Positions 27,767 through 35,040 of a DNA stretch of 35,040 bases are shown here, in pieces. Positions within the stretch are counted from its first letter, which is position 1. Each line of letters opens with the position of its first letter. This DNA is from Candidatus Pelagibacterales bacterium (GTDB lineage: Bacteria; Pseudomonadota; Alphaproteobacteria; TMED109). The notes beneath the pieces are model-generated. The model ran no database searches. It was given only the letters and a program-made list of their open reading frames with translations, and was not told where the DNA came from. The DNA lies in contig PAWH01000005.1 of the NCBI GenBank assembly GCA_002714055.1, positions 7,975 to 43,014 on the forward strand, written 5' to 3'. The translations under genes and the position numbers were made by a program.

Positions 27767-28750
27767 TTAATAATAATCTCCAATTTTTAGGATATAATCA
27801 TCTTTCAAATTTTTTTTTGCTCTTTTTCCTAATATTTGCTTATATTTTCTAGGGCTAATTCCATATCCAGGTTTTTTAAAAGTTAAATCATCAAATTCAA
27901 TTATTTGATTTTTTTTTATTTTTCTCTTTATAACTATACTTTTTTCAAAAATCATTTTCATTTTTTTTAATTTTCTTAAATTATTCTTATTTACATCATT
28001 TTTTATAATAATTTGAGCTTCATTAAGGCAATTAACCATGTTTCGAAATTCATCTGGCTCCAAAGCATTAAAAGCATCGCTACCATACATCTTTCTTGAC
28101 AAAGTTAAATGTTTTTCAATAGCTGTTGTTTTATAAAATACAGAAAGTATGGCAGCTGTAATTCCAATTGTATGATCTGAAAAACCTACTGGTCTATTAT
28201 ATTTCTTTTTTATTTCAGCAATAATATTCAACCCGGCATCTTTTAAAGTACAAGGGTATAAGGATGTGCATTGCATTATAGTTAATTTTTTAATATCTTT
28301 TAATTTTTTTACTGCTAAATCTAATTCTTTCCAATTAGACATTCCTGATGATAAAAAAGTTGGTTTATTAATTTTATTTATTTTTTCAATTAAAGGAATA
28401 TTTGTAATTTCTCCTGATGGTATTTTATAATTTTTAACTTTAATTTTTTCTAATAAATCTATTGCTTCTAATGAGAATGGAGATGATAAAAAGTTTAATT
28501 TCTTTTTTTCAACATAATTTTTTAATTTTTTCCATTGATTAATATTAAAACTAGTTCTTTTAAAATAATCATATCTTTTTTCTTTTTTAAAATATTTAGG
28601 AGAAGGAGCATTTCTTAAAGTTTCTGCTTCAGCAATATGTGTTTGAAACTTAACAGTAGTAGCCCCACAGTCTTTTGCTTTATCTACTAATTTAAAAGCT
28701 AATTTTAATGATCCGTTATGTACTGAACCAATTTCTGCAATAATGTCCAT
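27767..28750 (-). CDS. neuB: N-acetylneuraminate (nonulosonate) synthase with a C-terminal SAF domain
   Basis: IIAEIGSVHNGSL, VKFQTH, KIPSGE, FLSSGMS, CTSLYP, GFSDHT, EKHLT, and SAF tail KRKIKKNQIIEFDDLTFKKPGYGISP. Confidence 0.85.
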   Translation of the reverse strand: MDIIAEIGSVHNGSLKLAFKLVDKAKDCGATTVKFQTHIAEAETLRNAPSPKYFKKEKRYDYFKRTSFNINQWKKLKNYVEKKKLNFLSSPFSLEAIDLLEKIKVKNYKIPSGEITNIPLIEKINKINKPTFLSSGMSNWKELDLAVKKLKDIKKLTIMQCTSLYPCTLKDAGLNIIAEIKKKYNRPVGFSDHTIGITAAILSVFYKTTAIEKHLTLSRKMYGSDAFNALEPDEFRNMVNCLNEAQIIIKNDVNKNNLRKLKKMKMIFEKSIVIKRKIKKNQIIEFDDLTFKKPGYGISPRKYKQILGKRAKKNLKDDYILKIGDYY

Positions 28751-28761
28751 AACAACAAATT

Positions 28762-29496
28762 TTAATTTGGGTTAATATACTTATTATTTTTTTTTAAAAT
28801 TTTCTCAGCATACTCAAAATCTTTCAAGTTATCTATATCAACAGAAGCCGTGTCATCTAACATAAAAGGTAAAATTTTTTTTCCTGACATACTTTTTTTT
28901 AATAAAATTGTAGAGGTTTTTGTAATATCTATTTCCGCTGTTTGCCAGTATGTTTTAGGCAACATTTGTCTAGGCAAATTATATGCTTCTTTTAAATTTC
29001 TTAACTTTAAAATTGGAAATAATTTATTTTTTTCAATAAACCACATTTTATAAGGAGTTTTTTTATTTAAACAAACAGATCTAAGAGAATCGTACTTTTT
29101 TTGTTTAAAAATTTTTTTTAAAGCTTTATCTAAAGAGTCTTTTTTTCTTATCGGAGAAGTTGGTCTTAAATTTACAACATAATCAGGGCAATAATTAAAT
29201 TTTTTTTTTAAGAAATTTAACGCATGGTAAAAAACCTCAAAATCTGTTGACAAATCTTTAGATATACCTTTAGGTCTTATAAAAGGAATTTCAGCACCAT
29301 ATTTCTTTGCAATCTTTGCAATTTTTAATGAATCCGTACTACAAATTACTCGATTTACAATTTTTGAATTTAATCCCGCAATTACAGAATAAGCCAACAA
29401 CGGATGTCCGTTCAATAACTTTATATTTTTGTCTTTTATCCCCTTACTTCCTTCTCTTGCAGGAATAATAGCTAAAACATCATTTTTTTTTGTCAA
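28762..29496 (-). CDS. neuA: Acylneuraminate cytidylyltransferase (CMP-nonulosonate synthetase)
   Basis: AIIPAREGSKGIKDKNIKLLNGHPLLAYSV and NLRPTSPIR. 244 aa. Confidence 0.85.
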   Translation of the reverse strand: MTKKNDVLAIIPAREGSKGIKDKNIKLLNGHPLLAYSVIAGLNSKIVNRVICSTDSLKIAKIAKKYGAEIPFIRPKGISKDLSTDFEVFYHALNFLKKKFNYCPDYVVNLRPTSPIRKKDSLDKALKKIFKQKKYDSLRSVCLNKKTPYKMWFIEKNKLFPILKLRNLKEAYNLPRQMLPKTYWQTAEIDITKTSTILLKKSMSGKKILPFMLDDTASVDIDNLKDFEYAEKILKKNNKYINPN

Positions 29497-29503
29497 ATCA
29501 AAA

Positions 29504-30478
29504 CTAAGTAAACATTTTTATAAATTTTTTATAATCATAAATATAATCGTATACCTCGTATCTTCTATCACATATTACATTTATGATTGTATCATTTTCT
29601 AAATATTCAATATCGGTCCATGTCATTTTATTTATAAATAAGCCAGTTTTATTATTTTTTAACAAAAAAGTTTTTTTATTCTTTTTTGAAAAAAAACAAT
29701 TAACCCTAACTTTTCCTTTTTGGCAGATAAGAAATTGATTGCATTTCTTGTGAGCGTGGCCACCTCTTTTAACATTTTTATTTCCTTTAATATAAAAAAT
29801 TCTTTTTATATTTTTCATTTTATAAATTTTTGGTTCAAAATAAGATAAGGAGGCTTTTTTACCTGAAAAAAAGGGAATTTTTATCAAGTATGGCTTATTA
29901 TTTTTTAGATTATATTTTAAAATTTTATTAAAATTATTTTCTATAATTTCTGTAAAATAGGGAAATGTTTTATCCCTTTTATTAAGAATTGGGCTTTTTA
30001 TAGGCCACTTAATATTTAGATCTTTATCATCCCATTTTATACCTTTCTCATTATTTTTATTAAAATATTCTGTTGTTTTGTAATTAATTTTTGCTTTTTT
30101 ACTTAATACACAAAATCCGTGCCCAAAACCTCTAGGAATATATAGATGATAGTGATTTGTATCAGATAATTCCAAAGCAAACCATTTTTTAAATGTTGCA
30201 GAATCTTTTCTTAAATCTACTATTACATCCCAGATTTTACCTTCAACTACCGAAAGAAGCTGGGCCTGCTGTTTGCCTTTTAAAAAATGTATTCCTCTTA
30301 TTACATTTTTTTTCGAAAAAGATCTGTTGTCTTGAAGAAAATCTTCATTTATTCCTATGTTGGCTAATTTTATTTTTTGAAAAGTTTCATAAAAATAACC
30401 TCTATTATCTAAAAAAACATCTGGTTTATAGACAATTATGTCTTTAATTTTCTTTGGATTTTTATATATTATTTTCAT
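29504..30478 (-). CDS. Fusion protein. N-terminal dTDP-4-dehydrorhamnose 3,5-epimerase-like (RmlC) cupin plus C-terminal WxcM/FdtA-like dTDP-4-keto-6-deoxyhexose 3,4-isomerase cupin.
   Basis: Residues about 1-175: DNRGYFYETF, NRSFSKKNVIRGIHF, GKIWDVIVDLR, LYIPRGFGHGF, INYKTTEYF, IKWDDKDLNIKWP. Residues about 190-324: IKRIFYIKGNKNVKRGGHAHKKCNQFLICQKGKV ... DRRYEVYDYIYDYKKF. Confidence 0.75.
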   Translation of the reverse strand: MKIIYKNPKKIKDIIVYKPDVFLDNRGYFYETFQKIKLANIGINEDFLQDNRSFSKKNVIRGIHFLKGKQQAQLLSVVEGKIWDVIVDLRKDSATFKKWFALELSDTNHYHLYIPRGFGHGFCVLSKKAKINYKTTEYFNKNNEKGIKWDDKDLNIKWPIKSPILNKRDKTFPYFTEIIENNFNKILKYNLKNNKPYLIKIPFFSGKKASLSYFEPKIYKMKNIKRIFYIKGNKNVKRGGHAHKKCNQFLICQKGKVRVNCFFSKKNKKTFLLKNNKTGLFINKMTWTDIEYLENDTIINVICDRRYEVYDYIYDYKKFIKMFT

Positions 30479-31416
30479 TTCTTAACATTATTGGAATTTT
30501 TTAACAAAGAAATTGTGTCGAAAATTCTTTTTTTTATATTTCCTTTAAATTTGAAATGCATATCGTTGATATTTTTGTTATTAACCAAAAATGAATTTGG
30601 CTTTAAATCTATTTTTTTCTCAAATGTAATTTTAAGACTGGGTAAAAATTTTTTTATAATATTAACTAACTCAATAGTAGTTAAGTTATTAGTAACTAAA
30701 TTAAAAGTTTTGTTATATTTCCTATTCTTAATTAAAAAAGTCATTGCTAAATTTAAATCTTTTAAATCTAAATATGGTTTTGATACATTTATAAAATTCT
30801 TCCATATTGTTAATGGTAAATTGTAAACTGCCTGCCAACAAAATTTATTTACTGCAGTATGAAATCTCATTCCCGGTGAAACGCCAGCAATAGTTCCTAA
30901 TCGAAGAATTAAATAATTAAAATTATATTTTTTTGATTTAAATTTTATTAATTTTTCTTCTTCTAATTTTATTTTTGAGTAAGGAGTGTCAGGTTTTAGT
31001 TCATCTACAGAGCAATTTTCATCAACAACTTTTTTTTTTGTATTATAAACGCTTGTCGAAGACATAAAAATTAAATTAGCTTTCTTTTTTGAACATGCCT
31101 CAACTATAAACTTAGTATTACTAAAATTTGTTTCTTTATATATTTTAGGTATTCTAAAACTTTCCCAAGCATTTGTTAATGCAGCTAAATGAATGACAAC
31201 ATCTTCTTTTTTTAAAATTTTTTTTAAATTTATTTTTTTAACATCAGAATACATAAATTTATATTTATATTTTTTATCTAAATTAAAAAGTGATGAATAT
31301 CTAGAGGTGCTAAGATTGTCAATAATTATAAAATTCGACTTTAAAAAATATTTAGGTAAATTTCTTATTAAAAAAGAACCTATATGTCCTAATCCTCCTA
31401 TTATGTAAAAATTCAT
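30475..31416 (-). CDS. NAD-dependent epimerase/dehydratase family (extended SDR). It is a candidate NDP-4-ketohexose reductase.
   Basis: FYIIGGLGHIGSFL, MSSTSVY, and YSKIK (YxxxK). ATGA overlaps at both ends (30475-30478 and 31413-31416). Confidence 0.75.
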   Translation of the reverse strand: MNFYIIGGLGHIGSFLIRNLPKYFLKSNFIIIDNLSTSRYSSLFNLDKKYKYKFMYSDVKKINLKKILKKEDVVIHLAALTNAWESFRIPKIYKETNFSNTKFIVEACSKKKANLIFMSSTSVYNTKKKVVDENCSVDELKPDTPYSKIKLEEEKLIKFKSKKYNFNYLILRLGTIAGVSPGMRFHTAVNKFCWQAVYNLPLTIWKNFINVSKPYLDLKDLNLAMTFLIKNRKYNKTFNLVTNNLTTIELVNIIKKFLPSLKITFEKKIDLKPNSFLVNNKNINDMHFKFKGNIKKRIFDTISLLKNSNNVKK

Positions 31417-32429
31417 TTTTTTAACTTTAAATTTATATTTCTTTTATATTTCTCGTATTCAGTGAATTCAGGATAAATTCTTCTATAAATTCCTTTTAAA
31501 AAAAAATATAATCTTTTAGGTAAAAAAATTGACAAAACTTTGGTAACAAATACAGATGCTAAATGTAAGAATCTATTAATAATTATTCTCCCTACAACAG
31601 GGAATATGATTAATTTCTTTTTTAAACTTATTGGAAGAAAAATAACAGAAACTGTAAACTTGCATGATACTTTTAAAAAATTAATTCTAGACATAGCTGA
31701 TAAAATATTTGGATCATTTGGTTTTCTTTTTAAATAACCTTCGCTATGAATGGTTTTCTTTAAATAAGTTTTTGTACTATAAGTAATATCACCCATTAAA
31801 GCCATGCTTGAGTTTATAACTCTTTCATTAATTATTGGGCCAGTTTTAATATATGATTTTATTACTTTAATTAATGTTTCTTTTTTATTTAAAGAATGCA
31901 CAAGTGAACCATAGGCAGGAAATAGTAAGGGGTTTATTTTTCTTTTTCTTACTAAAAACATAGATATTAAATTAACTAATGATAATTTATCTGGTAAATT
32001 ATCCCCTTTATAATCTCTTTTTTGTATCTTTTTTCCATTTTCATCTATATCAAATACAGTTGTTCCACATGATACAGATTTAGGATTTTTTCTTAACTGT
32101 TTTACTGACTCAGAAACAAAATTTTTAGAATAAAAATCATTAGGGCAGGGCCAAAATACATATTCTCCTTTAGATAAATTAATCGCTTTATAATAATTCA
32201 TCCAACTGCCCAAATTTTTTTTATTTTTATTTAGTAAAATCTTTTTACTACTTTTTTCTACAATTTTTTTGCATATTTCAAAACTTTTATCTATCGAATT
32301 ATCATCAGAAATTACAAATTCTATATTTTTATAATTTAATTTTAATAAATTTTTTACAGTTTCTTCTAAGTTGTCTTTCTCACTATTATAAGTTAGAAAA
32401 CAAACTGAGACTTTTGGTAAACTATTCAC
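31413..32429 (-). CDS. Glycosyltransferase family 2 (GT-A) with a hydrophobic C-terminal segment
   Basis: VSVCFLTYNSEKDNLEETVKNLLKLNYKNIEFVISDDNSIDKS. C-terminal FTVSVIFLPISLKKKLIIFPVVGRIII. Confidence 0.8.
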   Translation of the reverse strand: MNSLPKVSVCFLTYNSEKDNLEETVKNLLKLNYKNIEFVISDDNSIDKSFEICKKIVEKSSKKILLNKNKKNLGSWMNYYKAINLSKGEYVFWPCPNDFYSKNFVSESVKQLRKNPKSVSCGTTVFDIDENGKKIQKRDYKGDNLPDKLSLVNLISMFLVRKRKINPLLFPAYGSLVHSLNKKETLIKVIKSYIKTGPIINERVINSSMALMGDITYSTKTYLKKTIHSEGYLKRKPNDPNILSAMSRINFLKVSCKFTVSVIFLPISLKKKLIIFPVVGRIIINRFLHLASVFVTKVLSIFLPKRLYFFLKGIYRRIYPEFTEYEKYKRNINLKLKK

Positions 32430-32432
32430 TTA

Positions 32433-33171
32433 TTACTTTATTTTCTTTAAATATCCTGACTGATTGCATGAAAAAAATAATTTTTTATCAATATCTTTAT
32501 CTATTATAAAATTTTTATTATTTTTTAAAAAAGCTGCTACCGCTGTCATTGGATTTTTCTTTAAATCCCAAGGCCTTTTTCTTCCTTTAACCTTGCCGCC
32601 TATAAAATTTAAAATTGTATCGCATACAATTATGTAAGATTTCTTTGATACATACTTAGAATAAAAATTTAATTCATCTAAAACATGTTGGTGTGTATGA
32701 TGTGAATCTAAAATAACCATAATTTTTTTTTTTCTTTTTAAATTCATTTTTTAATTTTTTATCAATATCTTTACTTAAAGAATTATTTTTAATTAGCTCA
32801 ATTCTTTTTGAAAATTTTTTATTTTTTAATTTATTGACAATTTTTTTATCTAAATTTAAATCTATACCAATAACTTTACCTTTATTTATACTATCTAAAA
32901 TTGTTGCATAAAATAAAATACTGCCTCCCCAAGCAACCCCAGTTTCAACTATAATATCGGGTTTAATTTCAAAAATTTTCTCTTGAATTACAATCATATC
33001 TGAAGGTGATTGCAAAATTGGTTCCCCAAGCCAATCCCATTGATAGACATAGCTCAAATCAGTTGCTATTTCATTAAATTTTTGTGAATAAACTCTTAAT
33101 TTATTTGATTTACCAATGGCCTCTAGGTATTTTTTTCTTTGTTTCTCAAATAATTTTCTATTAAATGTCAC
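32433..33171 (-). pseudogene. CmcI (cephalosporin hydroxylase)-family methyltransferase split by a frameshift in an A11 tract (genuine or a sequencing artefact)
   Basis: ORF 32674-33171 carries WDWLGEPILQSPSDMIVIQEKIFEIKPDIIVETGVAWGGSILFYA...VIGIDL. ORF 32433-32747 carries the second half, IMVILDSHHTHQHVLDELNFYSKYVSKKSYIIVCDT. Removing one A of T11 (+ strand 32723-32733) joins them as ...NEFKKKKKIMVILDSHH. The start is GTG at 33171. Confidence 0.65.
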
Positions 33172-33910
33172 TTTTTTTTTTAAATAATAAATTAGAAGTA
33201 TTTTTAATTCTATTTTCTTTTTTAAAGTTTCCCATGGGTAAAGTTTTTTGTGAATAATGGCAGGGATCTTTGAATGGAACCATAGATATTAATTCATAAT
33301 TATTAATTTTTAAGCAATTTATCAAATCATTTTTATTTAAAAACCTATAAGGAACTATATTCTTTTTATTAATTATTTGATTTGATATAAAAGACTTATT
33401 TTTTGTAAGAGGTGTATCTGAAAAAATAATATATTTTGGATTATAAGAACAAATTTGTTTAATTAAATCTTCCCACATCTCAACATATTGAATTGAACTA
33501 CCTAAATGAATAATTCCAAAAATTTTTCCTTTAATATATTTTAAATTTTCAAAATATTTAACATTATTTACATGCTTATATATATTATTAGCTAATTTAC
33601 AAATTATTTTATTTTCAATGACAGTTAAATTAAATTTAAACTTTTTTTCAGTAAATCTTCTTAATTTTATATATAATTCTCCAAGTCCTCCTCCAAAATC
33701 AAGAATTTCGAGTTTTTTTTTTATTTTTAATTCAGATAAAATAATTGGATAAATAAAATAATCATAAAATATAAAATTTTTTTCAATAAGTTTTTTATTT
33801 TTTCTTAATTTTTCTATCCATAAATTACTTTCAAAAAAATTATTATTTTTTATAGGAAATTTATTTAGAGTACCTTTCCATAAAATGTTTTTTTTATTTT
33901 TTTTTTGCAT
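33161..33910 (-). CDS. Class I SAM-dependent methyltransferase (resembles the LIC12133/TIGR04325-type found in O-antigen loci)
   Basis: SAM motif ILDFGGGLGELY. 249 aa. Its ATG overlaps the aminotransferase stop as TAATG at 33908-33912. Confidence 0.65.
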   Translation of the reverse strand: MQKKNKKNILWKGTLNKFPIKNNNFFESNLWIEKLRKNKKLIEKNFIFYDYFIYPIILSELKIKKKLEILDFGGGLGELYIKLRRFTEKKFKFNLTVIENKIICKLANNIYKHVNNVKYFENLKYIKGKIFGIIHLGSSIQYVEMWEDLIKQICSYNPKYIIFSDTPLTKNKSFISNQIINKKNIVPYRFLNKNDLINCLKINNYELISMVPFKDPCHYSQKTLPMGNFKKENRIKNTSNLLFKKKSDI

Positions 33911-35040
33911 TAAATTTTATATTTTCTCAAAATTCTCGATAGTTCTTTACAAACATTACTTATATGTGTCTTGGTTAAATCTAGAGCGTTGGGTAACCCT
34001 ATGCCTCTTTTGTTTAATAAATATGAAATTTTATTTTTTTCTTTTAAATTTTTTTGTTTAAAAACTGGCATGGAACTTAATGGATAAAAAAAAGGTCTAG
34101 TAGGTATGTTTTTTTTTTCTAATTCTTTAGCTAATTTTTTTGAATTAATTTTGTATGAATTTCCAAGTACGATGTGAGTATGCCAAAAACTATTATAAAT
34201 TTCTTTAGTATCAATATTAAATTGAATATCAGTAAAATTTTCTAAATTCTTTTTATATTGATAAAAAATCCATCTTTTTTTATCAACTAATTTGTTTAGT
34301 CTTTTAAATTGCGCGTAACCTAGAGCTGCTTGTATATTAAAAGGCATGTATTTATAACCTAGTTCATCAAAAAAATATGATCCTGGCTTTCTTCCATGAT
34401 CTCTTAGAAACTTGCATCTTTCATAAATTTTTTTATTATCAGTAGTTAACATCCCTCCTTCCCCAGTAGTCAAAGTTTTTGTTCTATGGAAACTAAAAAC
34501 AGAAGCTAATCCAAATTTTCCTGATTTAATATCTTTATATTTTGACCCCAAAGACTCAGCTGCATCTTCAATAAGAGGAATTTTTTTTTCTTTAAGAATT
34601 TTCCTAATTTCAAACATTTTTGGCATATTCCCATATACTCCAACAACAATTACTGCTTTCGTTTTTTTTGTAATATTTTTTTTTAATTCCTTTGGGCACA
34701 TGCACCAGCTATTTTTTTCAACATCACAAAATATTGGTTTGGCTCCTACATACGCAATTGGCGAAGCTGTTGCAATCCAGGTTGTTTCAGGAACTATAAC
34801 TTCATCTCCTTTTTTTATTCCTAAAGACAAAAGCAATAAATGTATAGCGCTAGTACAATTAGTTGTCATTAAAGAAAAATTTCTTTTATGAAACTTTGCA
34901 AAATTTTTCTCAAACTTTTCAACATAATAATATTTTTTTTTTCCATACCAACCATTTGAAAGTGCATCTAAAATATATTTTTTTTCAAGATTAGAAATTA
35001 ATGGTCCAGATACCTCAGTTGGAAACTTATTATTTTTCAT
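33910..35040 (-). CDS. DegT/DnrJ/EryC1/StrS-family PLP-dependent sugar aminotransferase
   Basis: GDEVIVPETTWIATASPIAYVGAKPIFCDV, IEDAAESLGS, and the PLP-lysine region FSFHRTKTLTTGEGGML. The ATG falls exactly at the window edge (35040). Confidence 0.85.
   Translation of the reverse strand: MKNNKFPTEVSGPLISNLEKKYILDALSNGWYGKKKYYYVEKFEKNFAKFHKRNFSLMTTNCTSAIHLLLLSLGIKKGDEVIVPETTWIATASPIAYVGAKPIFCDVEKNSWCMCPKELKKNITKKTKAVIVVGVYGNMPKMFEIRKILKEKKIPLIEDAAESLGSKYKDIKSGKFGLASVFSFHRTKTLTTGEGGMLTTDNKKIYERCKFLRDHGRKPGSYFFDELGYKYMPFNIQAALGYAQFKRLNKLVDKKRWIFYQYKKNLENFTDIQFNIDTKEIYNSFWHTHIVLGNSYKINSKKLAKELEKKNIPTRPFFYPLSSMPVFKQKNLKEKNKISYLLNKRGIGLPNALDLTKTHISNVCKELSRILRKYKI

Noticed and set aside
955-34891. 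Opposite-strand ORFs from the six-frame track: 955-1197(-), 6240-6422(+), 6453-6638(+), 6740-7081(+), 8207-8437(+), 10055-10252(+), 12025-12219(+), 13862-14071(+), 16668-17024(+), 19028-19216(+), 22882-23079(+), 24624-24950(+), 28850-29053(+), 30193-30447(+), 30491-30826(+), 31193-31408(+), 31540-31737(+) and 34700-34891(+).
   Set aside because: Each lies entirely antisense to a longer ORF with clear family motifs. Their translations are low-complexity F/L/I/K/N strings with no recognisable motif, as expected for shadow ORFs opposite Lys/Asn/Ile-rich genes.
1-35040. A search by eye for tRNA/rRNA genes, CRISPR arrays, IS elements, transposases, integrases, terminal inverted repeats, toxin-antitoxin pairs or defence-system genes.
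   Set aside because: None was found. There are no regularly spaced repeats and no G+C-rich structured-RNA-like segments, and every long ORF has a carbohydrate or acyl-modification signature. Short promoter-like TTGAAA/TATAAT matches occur throughout but carry no information at this base composition.

Overview
This window is very A+T-rich bacterial DNA (G+C not computed; by eye about a quarter). It uses the standard code: TGA acts as a stop, and ATGA/TAATG start-stop overlaps are common. Nearly all of it is a cell-surface glycan biosynthesis island.

Layout:
- nt 1-2827 (+): a short SDR / acyl-carrier-protein / MBOAT acyltransferase module.
- nt 2866-35040 (-): an uninterrupted array of about 29 co-directional genes, tightly packed or overlapping, that converges on the plus-strand module.

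Contents of the minus-strand array:
- kdsB, and rfbA-rfbB with ATGA coupling.
- A complete neuC-neuB-neuA nonulosonic-acid set.
- A second, divergent NeuB-like synthase cassette with its own cytidylyltransferase.
- Three AsnB-type amidotransferase paralogues.
- Three GT-A/GT-B glycosyltransferases and two KpsS/LpsZ-like capsule proteins.
- Several methyltransferases (FkbM, zinc-ribbon class I, CmcI-like, LIC12133-like).
- A NodB deacetylase, a GNAT-like acetyltransferase and a DegT aminotransferase.
- An RmlC-FdtA double-cupin fusion.
- A 2OG/Fe(II) dioxygenase, a radical SAM/SPASM enzyme, a Gfo/Idh/MocA oxidoreductase and a signal-peptide-bearing PQQ-type sugar dehydrogenase.

I recognised no rRNA, tRNA, CRISPR, transposase, integrase, flippase, polymerase or exporter. 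The composition and gene content resemble the hypervariable envelope-glycosylation regions of streamlined A+T-rich marine bacteria such as Pelagibacterales. That is inference only.

Main second-look items:
1. Four genes are each split at an A10-A12 tract, and in all four the frame is restored by removing exactly one A. This could be sequencing artefact, slippage rescue or phase variation.
2. A NeuB-SAF-lyxose-isomerase-like cupin fusion sits in a tailoring cassette.
3. A radical SAM/SPASM, oxidoreductase and secreted dehydrogenase trio is embedded in the glycan array.
4. An RmlC-FdtA fusion.
5. A Dlt-like ACP-MBOAT pair.

All family calls rest on motifs read by eye from the translations. No database search was run.
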